Positions 1 through 9,659 of a DNA stretch of 64,000 bases are shown here, in pieces. Positions within the stretch are counted from its first letter, which is position 1, and every line of letters begins with the position of its first letter. Made by a program: the position numbers and the translations under genes. The stretch spans positions 45,799 to 109,798 of the IMG/VR virus record IMGVR_UViG_2724679538_000004. One strand, written 5' to 3'. The stretch comes from a virus. Its lineage: Duplodnaviria; Heunggongvirae; Uroviricota; Caudoviricetes. The notes beneath the pieces were generated by a model. The model was given only the letters and a program-made list of their open reading frames with translations. It was not told where the DNA came from and ran no database searches.

Positions 1-1596
1 ATCATCCGCGGTGAAGACGGTGACATGACCAAAGGCAAGGACACGCTGACGCAGGAGTTCGTTGAACGTCTGATTGGTGCATCGAAAGAGGTGTTCATGG
101 CGTCTATCTACGCCAGTCAGGAAGCAATGCCAGATCTACCTGGGATGTCCGACAAAAACCTCAAAACCATCGTAGAAGAGGCCGCTGGTGTAGACAGACT
201 AACACGCGCTTACGCCATCGCTCGTGAACGTGCTAATGCAGCTGCCGCACGAATGGATGTTGTCAAAACCAAAATAGAGTCGGCCATTTCCACTATTGAG
301 TCCACACAGTCCGAAATTGATTCCGCAAAAGCCTCTTCTGAGTCATGGGAAAAAGAACGTTCTAAGCGCTATGACGATGCCCTGGCTGGGTTGGCCAGTG
401 CCGAGGTCGAATTAACGGAAGTCGAGCTTGAGATCCGCACTCTTCCCGAGCAAATCCGTGATACCGAGAAGGCAATCGAAAGTGAGCGCAATAAATTGGC
501 ATCAAAAGAAGAGCATGATGCTAAGTTGCTCAAAGTTCGAGGTGCGATAACTGACATTCGGTCCAGCATCAAAGCTACAGAAAGAAGCCAAAATGACGCG
601 ATGAATCGTGCCCGTAGTTTCAAAAACAAAGCGGAAGAGGTCAACACTAAAGTTGGCGCTCCATGCCCAACGTGTGGCAAAGCTTACTGCGAGGAAGATT
701 TGTCAACCGTGAAGGAAAGCTTCATCGAACAAGCGCGGCAGGAGATTGGGCAGGCGAAAACGCTGGCTGAGACTATGGCTAAGCACAAATCGCATCTTGA
801 GAAAGCATTAGGCATCGAAGCTGCTCTCGTCAAAGCCACACCTGATGTGAGCGCCATCATTACCAGAATCGAAGAGCTTACGAAGCAACTTTCTTCTCTA
901 CGCCATCGGGAGAAAGAGGTTGCTGCTATTGAGTCGCTTGTTGCTCGTGCTCGTGCTGATGTTGAGCGGATCACCAAAGAGATTAACCCGTTTATTGCTC
1001 TTATCGCGAGACACGAGGAAAGCCTTGCGACACGCAAATCAGCGTACAAGTCATTGAAAGACGAATTGAAGGCCATTCAGGAGCAATCATTGCTGTTAGA
1101 GAAAGCTCGTCAGGTTTATTCGCCAGCAGGGGTACGCTCTCACATTTTGACGTCAGTTACGCCCTTCCTTAATGCACGTACCGCTGAGTATCTCAATACG
1201 TTGTCTGACGGGAATATTACTGCTGAGTGGTCGACGATGGATGTCACTAAAAAAGGTGAGTATCGCGACAAATTCAACATTAGTGTGCAGAAGAAAGGTT
1301 CAAGTAAGTCGTTCCAGACCCTCTCTGGTGGTGAGAAGCGGAAGGTTCGCATTGCGTGTTCTTTGGCATTGCAAGATCTGGTCAGTAACCGGGCGAGTAA
1401 AAACATCGATTTGTTTATCGGCGACGAAATTGACGATGCACTCGATACAGCCGGTCTTGAGCGCCTCATGGGTATTCTGGAGTCCAAAGCTCGCGAGCGG
1501 GGTACTGTGCTGATTATCTCCCATAAAGAGATGAAGTCATGGTTCCGGGAAACGATCACTGTCGAAGTTAAAGAGGGGCGCAGCTATGTCGTTTAA
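1..1596 (+). CDS. sbcC: SbcC/Rad50-like recombination ATPase, 3' portion (5' end lies outside window)
   Basis: Frame is open to the window edge; CxxC zinc-hook (CPTC) within a long coiled-coil region; C-terminal ABC signature LSGGE, Walker B/D-loop GDEIDDALD, H-loop ISHK. Confidence 0.75.
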   Translation: MIRGEDGDMTKGKDTLTQEFVERLIGASKEVFMASIYASQEAMPDLPGMSDKNLKTIVEEAAGVDRLTRAYAIARERANAAAARMDVVKTKIESAISTIESTQSEIDSAKASSESWEKERSKRYDDALAGLASAEVELTEVELEIRTLPEQIRDTEKAIESERNKLASKEEHDAKLLKVRGAITDIRSSIKATERSQNDAMNRARSFKNKAEEVNTKVGAPCPTCGKAYCEEDLSTVKESFIEQARQEIGQAKTLAETMAKHKSHLEKALGIEAALVKATPDVSAIITRIEELTKQLSSLRHREKEVAAIESLVARARADVERITKEINPFIALIARHEESLATRKSAYKSLKDELKAIQEQSLLLEKARQVYSPAGVRSHILTSVTPFLNARTAEYLNTLSDGNITAEWSTMDVTKKGEYRDKFNISVQKKGSSKSFQTLSGGEKRKVRIACSLALQDLVSNRASKNIDLFIGDEIDDALDTAGLERLMGILESKARERGTVLIISHKEMKSWFRETITVEVKEGRSYVV

Positions 1597-2314
1597 ATTA
1601 AGCCGCTCGCAGTTTTTGCAGGTGTTTGCGGTGATGCAGTCAATAAAACTGATCAATGAACATACCTACAATGGTGCGGCACCAGGCATTATGTGGGGCA
1701 GCAATAATATCGACAAAGCGCAATTTGCTCAGTTGATTGGCCTAATATCCGAGACACCATTGATGCAAAGTTTGAAATCCCTGCCGTCTGGATGTACTGC
1801 CCCGATCTTGATCAATCCTTTTGTTGAAGGTGGATATATTCCCGACACCGGACCTGGGTTTATTGCAACCCATGAAAATGAAGGTCTTAACATTAAAAGC
1901 GACGCGTACTTTGGGGCAATGGATGCACATATCTGTATGGCTTTCACGAACCTTATTCGATTTGCCAATAAGCGAGCGGATAGTTTGGCATCGCCAGGTG
2001 ATGGTTTTACCGGTTTCCTTATCGAAAGAAGGGATAAAAAGTACAGTGCGGACAAACTACAGTTCATTGGGAAGTATGGAGAAAATGCAGAAATCGAACT
2101 ACAGCTACCTCATGTTTTAGCAAACAATAGCGCAGACAGTAGGCTGTTGATGGATATCATGCGTCATTTCATTCTGGAAAGCGTTAAACATGTCGACGAT
2201 AAGGCCGTCGCGCACAATACCGAATCTTTTGACTTCGCAACATTGCAAACGGCAACAGTGGTCAAATCGTTAGAGACGAGATTATTGGAAAACCCTGTAT
2301 GGGGAACATGGTAA
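1586..2314 (+). CDS. hypothetical protein
   Basis: 242-aa ORF with purine-rich RBS, overlaps the SbcC-like stop; no phosphoesterase (SbcD) motifs seen. Confidence 0.45.
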   Translation: MSFKLSRSQFLQVFAVMQSIKLINEHTYNGAAPGIMWGSNNIDKAQFAQLIGLISETPLMQSLKSLPSGCTAPILINPFVEGGYIPDTGPGFIATHENEGLNIKSDAYFGAMDAHICMAFTNLIRFANKRADSLASPGDGFTGFLIERRDKKYSADKLQFIGKYGENAEIELQLPHVLANNSADSRLLMDIMRHFILESVKHVDDKAVAHNTESFDFATLQTATVVKSLETRLLENPVWGTW

Positions 2315-2323
2315 GGAGGCCAT

Positions 2324-2893
2324 ATGAGTAAAAAAATCAGCGTAGTTGGTGTAGACCCTTCAATGAGCAACTTTGGGCTTGCTGTGGGCACTTTAGACCT
2401 TGAAACGGACGAACTTGAGATTCAAGGCCTTACTCTTGTGGAAACTAAAGCGGGAAGCAACAAAAAGACGGTCCGCGTAAACAGCGACGATCTGCGCCGC
2501 GCGAACGAAATCTGGCGTGCAGCCAAGCCCATAATCGAGAAGGCTCAGATGGTGTTTTGCGAATTGCCGGTTGGTAGCCAGTCCAGTCGTGCGCAAACTT
2601 CATACGGCATCTGCATTGGCGTACTAGCGTGTGTGGACAAGCCATTGATACAGGTCACACCAAACGAAATCAAACATTTTGTCGGTAACAAACTTACTAC
2701 GTCGAAAGAAGAAATTATCCAGTGGGCTACGAAAAAACACCCTAAAGCACCGTGGTTGCGTCGTAAGCAATCTGGACAGGATGTGCTCGTGAATAAAAAC
2801 GAACATTTGGCTGATGCTGTGGCAGCCATCCATACCGGTATGCAAACAGATCAGTTCCGTCAGGTACGTGAAATGCTCAAGTCACTTATATAA
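2324..2893 (+). CDS. RuvC-like Holliday-junction resolvase (putative)
   Basis: N-terminal VGVDPS and C-terminal EHLADAVAAIH resemble RuvC acidic catalytic motifs; AGGAGG RBS. Confidence 0.5.
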   Translation: MSKKISVVGVDPSMSNFGLAVGTLDLETDELEIQGLTLVETKAGSNKKTVRVNSDDLRRANEIWRAAKPIIEKAQMVFCELPVGSQSSRAQTSYGICIGVLACVDKPLIQVTPNEIKHFVGNKLTTSKEEIIQWATKKHPKAPWLRRKQSGQDVLVNKNEHLADAVAAIHTGMQTDQFRQVREMLKSLI

Positions 2894-2902
2894 ACCAGAT
2901 TG

Positions 2903-2922
2903 ATAGGTAAGTACTTATCTAT
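2903..2922. promoter_or_regulatory. copy of recurrent palindrome ATAGGTAAGTACTTAYCTAT
   Basis: Near-perfect inverted repeat directly after a stop codon; same motif recurs about 13 times in the window. Confidence 0.4.
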
Positions 2923-2928
2923 TAACAT

Positions 2929-2958
2929 GGGCCACTACATTTAGTGGCCCTTTTTATT
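2929..2958 (+). terminator. intrinsic terminator-like hairpin
   Basis: GGGCCACTACATTTAGTGGCCC stem-loop followed by a T-run. Confidence 0.55.
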
Positions 2959-2967
2959 TGGTGATAC

Positions 2968-5283
2968 ATGATAAGCATCGTAAAACGTAACGGCCAAACA
3001 GAGCCGTTATCCGAAGAAAAATACAACCGCGTCGTAATGTATGGCGTAGAAGGTATTCGTGGCGTAAGCGCATCAGCTGTAGCAATGGGAGCTGCGGCCA
3101 GTATTTTTGATGGGATGACCACCAGCCAGTTGCATGAGGCTTTGGTTAAATCTGCTGCGGACCTAATCTCTCCAGAGACACCAAACTACTCACAAGTAGC
3201 CGCACGTCTGAACATTTTCAAAATCCGCAAGCATGCATTCGGTCAATACGACTATCCGAATTTCTATCAACACATTGTTAAAAATGTCAACAAAGGCGTT
3301 TATGACGCAGATCTACTGAAATACTACTCGGTCGAAGAAATAGAGGAGCTTGGCATATACATTAAGCCTAAGCGTGATGAGCTTTTTGGTTATGCAGCTA
3401 CTGTTCAGCTACATAGCAAATACCTTGTCCAGAATCGTGTGACTGGAGAAATCTACGAGGGGCCACAACATATTTATATGCTGGTGGGCATGTGTCTGTT
3501 CCAGAATTGGGAAGACGACTGCGCTGGCAAAACTCGTATGGAGATGGTCAAAGGCTTCTATGACATCACCAGTACGTTCAAATTGTCCTTGCCGACCCCA
3601 ATCATGGCAGGCGTTCGTACTCCTACTCGCCAGTTCTCCAGTTGTGTGCTGATTGAGTCTGGGGATAGTCTGAAAGGGATTAGTGCAGCTTCAGCCGCAA
3701 TTATCGACTACGTTTCACGTCGTGCTGGAATTGGTATTGGTTTTGGCCGCATACGTGCGCTGGGAAGTGAGATCCGCAATGGTGAAGCCACCCATACCGG
3801 AGTTCTTCCATTCCTGAAGCATTTCCAGACTGCTGTTAAATCTTGCTCGCAAGGTGGTGTTCGTGGTGGAGCAGCAACAGCGTTTTACCCGATCTGGCAT
3901 CTTGAAGTTGAAAGTCTGCTGGTGGTGAAAAACAACCGAGGTATCGAGGAAAACCGTGTTCGCCATCTTGATTACGGAGTAATGATCAATCGCCTCATGT
4001 ATCGCCGACTTGTTCGAGGCGAGAACATTACTCTGTTCAGTCCGCATGATGTGCCTGATATGTACGAAGCCTTCTTTACAGATCAGGATCTGTTTGAAAA
4101 GCTGTACCATAAATACGAAGCCGATGATTCAATCCGCAAGAAGTCAGTACCTGCCGTTGAGCTGTTTTCATCTCTGATGCAGGAACGAGCGTCCACTGGC
4201 CGCATTTATATTGCGAACGTCGACCATATTAATGAGCATGGTGCTTTTATTCCTGCTCTTGCACCTGTTCGTCAGTCAAACCTGTGCATGGAGATCACCC
4301 TACCCACTCGTCCACTGACATTTACCGACGATCCGAACGGTGAGATCGCGCTGTGCACTTTATCAGCTTTTAACCTAGGAGCCATCCGTTCACTGGAGTC
4401 TCTTAAAGAGGTTGCGTTCTATGCCGTGGCTGCACTGGATTCGCTACTGGATTATCAAGACTATCCGATGGATGCAGCGAAAGTGCCTGCCAAAGCTCGT
4501 CGTAGCCTGGGGATTGGTGTAACCAACTTTGCTTATTACCTGGCAAAGAATGGCGTTCGTTATTCTGATACCGCTGGCAATAAACTGGTGCATGAAACGT
4601 TTGAAGCTATCCAGTATTACCTTCTTGATGCCAGTTGCCGACTTGCGGAAGCAAAAGGTGAATGTGACTGGTTTGAGCAGACCAGGTACGCAATTGGCCA
4701 GTTGCCGATCGACCACTACCGTTCTTCATTAGACGAAAGTGACGAAACTAACTTTGAATTAAAGATGCCGTGGGAAGAACTGCGTGAACGAATTGCAAAA
4801 CACGGCCTTCGCAATTCCACGCTGACGGCACAAATGCCATGTGAGACTTCCAGCCAGATCACTAACTCCACCAACGGCATTGAACCGCCTCGTGGCCCGG
4901 TGTCAGTGAAATCTTCTAAGGACGGCATCGTCAAGATGGTCGTGCCTGAGTTTGAAAAATTGAAGGAACAGTATGAATACCTGTGGGATATGCCGGACAA
5001 CCGCGGCTATCTGACAAAGGTGGCGATCATCCAGAAGTTCTTCGACCAGGCTATTTCAGCCAATACCAACTATGACCCTTCTCGCTTTGAAGGCGATAAA
5101 GTTCCAATGATGACGCTACTGTCAGATTTGCTTCTTGCCTACAAGATGGGAGTTAAAACGCTTTACTACCACAACACCAGAGATGGTGCAGGAAAGCGTG
5201 ATGACGACGAACCGCAGAATCCACTGGCGCAAGCTGTAGCCGTCGAGCCAGAAGATGAGTGCGACGGAGCCTGCAAAATCTGA
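2968..5283 (+). CDS. nrdA: ribonucleoside-diphosphate reductase alpha subunit (class Ia)
   Basis: 771 aa; N-terminal ATP-cone-like region; catalytic SNLCMEI motif; overall resemblance to E. coli NrdA. Confidence 0.9.
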   Translation: MISIVKRNGQTEPLSEEKYNRVVMYGVEGIRGVSASAVAMGAAASIFDGMTTSQLHEALVKSAADLISPETPNYSQVAARLNIFKIRKHAFGQYDYPNFYQHIVKNVNKGVYDADLLKYYSVEEIEELGIYIKPKRDELFGYAATVQLHSKYLVQNRVTGEIYEGPQHIYMLVGMCLFQNWEDDCAGKTRMEMVKGFYDITSTFKLSLPTPIMAGVRTPTRQFSSCVLIESGDSLKGISAASAAIIDYVSRRAGIGIGFGRIRALGSEIRNGEATHTGVLPFLKHFQTAVKSCSQGGVRGGAATAFYPIWHLEVESLLVVKNNRGIEENRVRHLDYGVMINRLMYRRLVRGENITLFSPHDVPDMYEAFFTDQDLFEKLYHKYEADDSIRKKSVPAVELFSSLMQERASTGRIYIANVDHINEHGAFIPALAPVRQSNLCMEITLPTRPLTFTDDPNGEIALCTLSAFNLGAIRSLESLKEVAFYAVAALDSLLDYQDYPMDAAKVPAKARRSLGIGVTNFAYYLAKNGVRYSDTAGNKLVHETFEAIQYYLLDASCRLAEAKGECDWFEQTRYAIGQLPIDHYRSSLDESDETNFELKMPWEELRERIAKHGLRNSTLTAQMPCETSSQITNSTNGIEPPRGPVSVKSSKDGIVKMVVPEFEKLKEQYEYLWDMPDNRGYLTKVAIIQKFFDQAISANTNYDPSRFEGDKVPMMTLLSDLLLAYKMGVKTLYYHNTRDGAGKRDDDEPQNPLAQAVAVEPEDECDGACKI

Positions 5284-5287
5284 CATA

Positions 5288-5320
5288 TGGTGGGGGATAT
5301 CCCCACCTTCTCTTTGATTT
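5288..5320 (+). terminator. terminator-like hairpin
   Basis: GGTGGGGGATATCCCCACC hairpin followed by a T-rich stretch. Confidence 0.45.
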
Positions 5321-5344
5321 GTAAGCCTTGTTTAAACACATAAG

Positions 5345-5364
5345 ATAACAACTTGTTTAAACAC
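5345..5364 (+). promoter_or_regulatory. promoter/operator family motif (AACAACTTGTTTAA)
   Basis: Near-palindrome AAACAA-N-TTGTTT about 25 nt upstream of the nrdB start. Confidence 0.4.
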
Positions 5365-5388
5365 ACCAAAAAGCAAAAGGAAAAACAC

Positions 5389-6531
5389 ATGTCATATTCA
5401 ACGTTCCGTTTGGGTGCTAATGATGCAACCAAAGAGCCTATGTTCCTCGGACAATCTGTCAACGTGGCACGTTACGATCAGCAAAAGTACCGTGATTTTG
5501 AAAAGTTGATTGAACGTCAATTGTCTTTCTTCTGGCGGCCAGAAGAAGTTGATATTTCAAGCGATCGCATCGACTTCAATACGAAGCTGCGGGACCACGA
5601 ACGTCACATTTTCCTGAGTAATCTCCGTTATCAAACGTTACTCGATTCAGTTCAGGGACGTAGCCCAAATGCAACGCTGCTGCCGCTTATCTCTATCCCT
5701 GAACTGGAAACGTGGATTGAAACGTGGTCTTTCTCTGAGACTATCCATAGCCGCAGCTACACCCACATTATTCGTGGCATGGTGGATGACCCTAGCATTG
5801 TTTTTGACGGTATTGTTACGGATGAAGAAATCATCAACCGAGCGATCAGTATCTCTGCTGAATATGACAGGCTTTATGGGATGACCTGCGATCGCCAGTC
5901 GTTAGGTGAGAAGGAATTTGAGCGTCTGTACGTAAATGAATATGGCTGGGAGCCATACCCTTTGCAACGTCAGCTTTTCCGCACGTTGGTGTCTATTAAT
6001 GCGCTTGAGGCGATCCGTTTCTACGTAAGTTTTGCATGTACGTTTGCCTTTGGCGAACGGAAGTTGCTTGAGGGTAACACCAAAATTATGCGCTTTATTG
6101 CCCGTGATGAAGCTCTGCATTGCGAGGGAACAGAACGTATGATCCGCTTCATGCGTACAGGTCGCGAAGGTTTATTGTGGAAAGAGATTGCTGCTGATGA
6201 AGAAAATGTCATTTACGACACCATGAAATCAGTCGCCGAACAAGAAATGAACTGGGCAGACTATCTCTTCAAAGATGGCTCAATGATTGGTTTAAACGCA
6301 GAGATTCTCAAAAGCTACGTAAAGTACCGCACCAATCTGGCTATGAATCGTCTTGGCCTTAAGGCGTTATTCCCAGAAGTTACCAGTGATCCGCTGGTCT
6401 GGATGAATAAGTGGCTATTGACCGACACACTGCAAATCGCACCACAAGAGGCAGAGCAAAGCACATATCTGGTAGGTCAGATCGATTCTACCGTAGACAA
6501 AGCCTCACTGAGTCAGTTCGCGGACCTGTAA
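5389..6531 (+). CDS. nrdB: ribonucleoside-diphosphate reductase beta subunit
   Basis: Strong resemblance to E. coli NrdB over the whole length; ATG at 5389 with AAGGA RBS preferred over the upstream TTG at 5353. Confidence 0.9.
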   Translation: MSYSTFRLGANDATKEPMFLGQSVNVARYDQQKYRDFEKLIERQLSFFWRPEEVDISSDRIDFNTKLRDHERHIFLSNLRYQTLLDSVQGRSPNATLLPLISIPELETWIETWSFSETIHSRSYTHIIRGMVDDPSIVFDGIVTDEEIINRAISISAEYDRLYGMTCDRQSLGEKEFERLYVNEYGWEPYPLQRQLFRTLVSINALEAIRFYVSFACTFAFGERKLLEGNTKIMRFIARDEALHCEGTERMIRFMRTGREGLLWKEIAADEENVIYDTMKSVAEQEMNWADYLFKDGSMIGLNAEILKSYVKYRTNLAMNRLGLKALFPEVTSDPLVWMNKWLLTDTLQIAPQEAEQSTYLVGQIDSTVDKASLSQFADL

Positions 6532-6609
6532 GCCTATAAATTGCGTTATGTGGCCTGGTAACGCTGGGCCACAATGGAGCACAAGTTCTAATAAAGGAAA
6601 GAAAACGAT

Positions 6610-7485
6610 ATGAATTTTACCAAACTGAAAGACCACCTAAAGATTGCCACGGATCGTCTCGTTGGTTTCAAGGCTGAACCATATGAAATCAATGAAGGTC
6701 ACGTTATGGCGACGGAAGCTATTTACCAAATGGTCGATCAGTTTCATGAACTCTTTCAACACCCGCGTCGTGTGGTGCCAACACCGGAATTACTTCGTCT
6801 CCGTGCCAGATTGATTCATGAGGAAGCTGTAATAGAAGGCATCCCAGCCGCACAAAAAGGAGACATTGAGCAGCTGCTGGATGCAATGGCTGATTTTCTC
6901 TATGTAGGTGTAGGCACAATGGTCGCAGTTAAAGGTGGTATTTCTACAGGTATGACTTACTACACGCAGGAACAAAGCATTGATCGCTTTATTGAGACAT
7001 TCTTTGTGCCTCAGAATACTGTGTTCGATGACATGGCTATTCCATTCAAAGAAGCTCAGCAGGCGGCTGTGATGCTTGAAGAGTTGGCTGACAAACTTGA
7101 AAAGAAAACCATGAGAGATCCTGAACTGATTCAGGAGCTACGCCGTGTAATGAATAAAATTTACGTCGCGTGCATGATGACATATCGACTCGCTGATTTC
7201 TTGGGTGTCGATGTTGTTGAGCTGGTACGTGAGATTCATCGTTCCAACATGACTAAATTATGGCCTGCGGATATGGAAGAGCGCCAAAAGGCTGTAGAGA
7301 ACTGCAAATACGACAAACACGATCTAAGTTTTCGCCATGCGGACGGGACAGACATGATGATAGGCTTTCGTGTTTCAGATGGAAAAATACTCAAATCGCC
7401 AACATACAGTGACGTTGATCTTACTGCGTTTGTAGCGCAGGCGAAGTCTTCTGCAATATATGATGAAGTTAAAAAATTATTGTAG
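6610..7485 (+). CDS. all-alpha NTP pyrophosphohydrolase-like protein (MazG/HisE/dimeric-dUTPase superfamily), putative
   Basis: EExxE...D...D pattern (IHEEAVIEG...LLDAMADFLY) typical of the superfamily; sits in the nucleotide-metabolism cluster. Confidence 0.4.
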   Translation: MNFTKLKDHLKIATDRLVGFKAEPYEINEGHVMATEAIYQMVDQFHELFQHPRRVVPTPELLRLRARLIHEEAVIEGIPAAQKGDIEQLLDAMADFLYVGVGTMVAVKGGISTGMTYYTQEQSIDRFIETFFVPQNTVFDDMAIPFKEAQQAAVMLEELADKLEKKTMRDPELIQELRRVMNKIYVACMMTYRLADFLGVDVVELVREIHRSNMTKLWPADMEERQKAVENCKYDKHDLSFRHADGTDMMIGFRVSDGKILKSPTYSDVDLTAFVAQAKSSAIYDEVKKLL

Positions 7486-7629
7486 GTAGTTACTTATGTG
7501 TGTATATTAATTTTGTGTACTAACTACACCTGGTAAGAGAATCTTCGTATATTTTGGTGGCCATGTGCCACCATTTTTTTTGTCATCTGGTCTTGCCTGG
7601 TTTTCGCGTGTAAACTCTCACTTATGAAT

Positions 7630-7650
7630 AATAGGTATGTACTTATCTAT
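7630..7650. promoter_or_regulatory. copy of recurrent palindrome (AATAGGTATGTACTTATCTAT)
   Basis: Inverted repeat 18 nt upstream of the thyA-like start. Confidence 0.4.
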
Positions 7651-7667
7651 CTTTTTGTGGGGTTTAT

Positions 7668-8771
7668 GTGTCTCTTCTATTGAATGGTGAGCATACGAAT
7701 GGCCAGGTGGCTAATACATCGTATGCAAAAGTAATTGAAACGGTACTTAAATCAGGCGTGAAAGCAGGAGATCGGACTGGTACTGGCACTACGAGTGTTT
7801 CTTACGTTCCATCCTACTACTTACTGACTGGCGGCTCTGTTCCGTTGATTTCAGGGAAGGCTGTGAATTTAAAACCGCTTCTGGTTGAGCTGGAGTGGTA
7901 TCTCAAAGGAACAGGCAACATCCAGTTCCTGAAAGACAATGGCGTCAAAATTTGGGATGCCTGGGCTGATGAAAATGGCGATTTAGGACCGGTTTATGGC
8001 AAGCAATGGCGTCGGTGGGAAGACACCCGCATCGTTAGCAATAGTGAGTATTTAAAAAAAATCGACACGTTGCGTGAGCGCGGATACAAGGTCGAGGGGT
8101 ATCTGGGCATAAGTGAAGATCGCGTTGTGTTGTCCCGTGAAATCGACCAGCTACAGCGTATCGTCGACACACTGCGTACCAATCCTACCGATCGTCGTAT
8201 TCTGCTTAATGCGTGGAATGTTGGCGAGTTGGAAGATATGAAGTTGCCACCTTGTCACTTTGTCTTTTCTCTGTGGAGTCGTGAGCTGGACTTTAAGACC
8301 CGGCTGACGATGGCCACCGACATAGGCATCCAACACAATCGCTACGGCCACGAATCCATTTACACCCAGATGCTGTGTCTTCTGGAACGTGATGGAGGTA
8401 TTACAGAGAACATGCTGGACGAGCTGGGCATCCCGAAACGTATTCTGAACTCCTGTCTTGTGCAGCGTAGCGTCGATACTTTCGTTGGTATGCCTTTCAA
8501 TATCGCTGGTTATGGCATTCTCACTCACTTCCTCGCAAAGATCACCGGCCATATGGCTGGCGCATTCGTACATTTTGGTTTTGACGTTCATTTATACGAC
8601 AACCATATGGAAGGCGTTGAGGAACTGCTGAATCGCGAACCGCCAAAAGAGTCCGACCCTGTTGTCATCTTCCCGCATGAGTGGGCTGAGTTAGATGACT
8701 TCAAGTGGGAAGGTGTTCAGATTCTTGGCTATTCACCACTTCCGTGGATCAAGGTTCCAGTGGCGGTGTGA
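7668..8771 (+). CDS. thyA: thymidylate synthase family protein (ThyA homolog with two in-frame insertions)
   Basis: DRTGTGT, WADENGDLGPVYGKQWR, catalytic PCH, QRSxD and PFNIA motifs align with E. coli ThyA; GTG start assumed. Confidence 0.8.
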   Translation: MSLLLNGEHTNGQVANTSYAKVIETVLKSGVKAGDRTGTGTTSVSYVPSYYLLTGGSVPLISGKAVNLKPLLVELEWYLKGTGNIQFLKDNGVKIWDAWADENGDLGPVYGKQWRRWEDTRIVSNSEYLKKIDTLRERGYKVEGYLGISEDRVVLSREIDQLQRIVDTLRTNPTDRRILLNAWNVGELEDMKLPPCHFVFSLWSRELDFKTRLTMATDIGIQHNRYGHESIYTQMLCLLERDGGITENMLDELGIPKRILNSCLVQRSVDTFVGMPFNIAGYGILTHFLAKITGHMAGAFVHFGFDVHLYDNHMEGVEELLNREPPKESDPVVIFPHEWAELDDFKWEGVQILGYSPLPWIKVPVAV

Positions 8772-8772
8772 T

Positions 8773-9186
8773 ATGGCCAGAGGGATGTATGTACTGTGTG
8801 AAATCGATGATGTGCTGGCGAACGTCAGCCATCGTAAGTCGGTGCCTGAATCTGATGCAGGGGCTTTTATTGCAGGTGATGAACTCATCTTTCCAACCAG
8901 CCGCATGTTGCGTGGTTTTGCTCGCTCTGGTGCTGAGATCGTGCTTATCAGCCGTCGCTCCGAGTCTCTTGAAGGCCAGACAAAACGCTGGTTGAAAGAC
9001 TTTGGTGTTGATTACGACTGGCTTCACCTTGTTCCTGATGGTGTCAGTTTTGAAAAGCACATCAAACGCACGCTTGCTGAGCACAAGGGTGAGTTGCTGA
9101 TAGCTGCGCTGATCCACGATCCGCGATTGCGATCGACTTTAGCCAATTATCACCAACGCCCCATTATTTATGAGGTAAGCCAATGA
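8773..9186 (+). CDS. HAD-family 5'(3')-deoxyribonucleotidase-like protein (putative)
   Basis: N-terminal MYVLCEIDDVLA resembles the D-x-D-x-V/L HAD motif of NT5C-type nucleotidases; ATG at 8773 chosen because the upstream part of the tracked ORF overlaps thyA. Confidence 0.4.
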   Translation: MARGMYVLCEIDDVLANVSHRKSVPESDAGAFIAGDELIFPTSRMLRGFARSGAEIVLISRRSESLEGQTKRWLKDFGVDYDWLHLVPDGVSFEKHIKRTLAEHKGELLIAALIHDPRLRSTLANYHQRPIIYEVSQ

Positions 9187-9659
9187 GGATGATTGCAGCT
9201 GTAGGACGCAACTATGAAATTGGCATAGGAAACGTACTCCCCTGGCGTTGCCCAACAGACATGAAATTGTTCAAGCGGCTAACTCAAAACGCAAGTGTAG
9301 TGATGGGGCGTAAGACGATGGAAAGTCTGAAACGCCCACTGCCTGAGCGCCACAACCTTGTATTAACGCGCTCACAAGGTCATATGCCGAATGGGTTTTA
9401 CTCTGCTTGCGTGGAAGACGTGCTAAAGCTTCCAGAGCCTATCTGGGTAATTGGAGGCGGGCAGATTTATTCAACTCTTATGCCTTACGTAGAAGAAATA
9501 TGGCTTTCACATATAGGTGTTGATGTGCCAAACGCAGATGCATTCTTCCCTGTAGAGCTGATGCGCACATTGGGATTTGCTCCAGTGGAGACGGCATATA
9601 CGCAACGACAGAGTGAGGAAGAACCTGGATTTTTGCAGATTGTATACAGAAGGGCGTAA
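9183..9659 (+). CDS. folA: dihydrofolate reductase
   Basis: MRMIAAVGRNYEIG...LPW...VMGRKTMESL...LVLTR matches the DHFR N-terminal signature; ATGA overlap with upstream gene. Confidence 0.8.
   Translation: MRMIAAVGRNYEIGIGNVLPWRCPTDMKLFKRLTQNASVVMGRKTMESLKRPLPERHNLVLTRSQGHMPNGFYSACVEDVLKLPEPIWVIGGGQIYSTLMPYVEEIWLSHIGVDVPNADAFFPVELMRTLGFAPVETAYTQRQSEEEPGFLQIVYRRA

Noticed and set aside
1586-2314. SbcD-like nuclease partner of SbcC
   Set aside because: The ORF lacks the metallophosphoesterase motifs (D-x-H, GDxxD, GNHD/E) expected of SbcD/Mre11; left as hypothetical. The true SbcD partner is probably upstream of the window.
3715-5000. Antisense ORFs inside nrdA (3715-4110, 4444-4716, 4716-5000)
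   Set aside because: They lie entirely within a highly conserved NrdA coding sequence on the other strand and have no translation signals.
5353-5388. Upstream TTG start for nrdB at 5353
   Set aside because: That codon lies inside the promoter/operator motif; the ATG at 5389 has a proper RBS and matches the E. coli NrdB N-terminus.
7668-8771. Intron or intein in the ThyA homolog or nrd genes
   Set aside because: The extra ThyA segments are in-frame and flanked by continuous conserved motifs; no stop codons or homing-endonuclease-like ORFs interrupt thyA, nrdA or nrdB.
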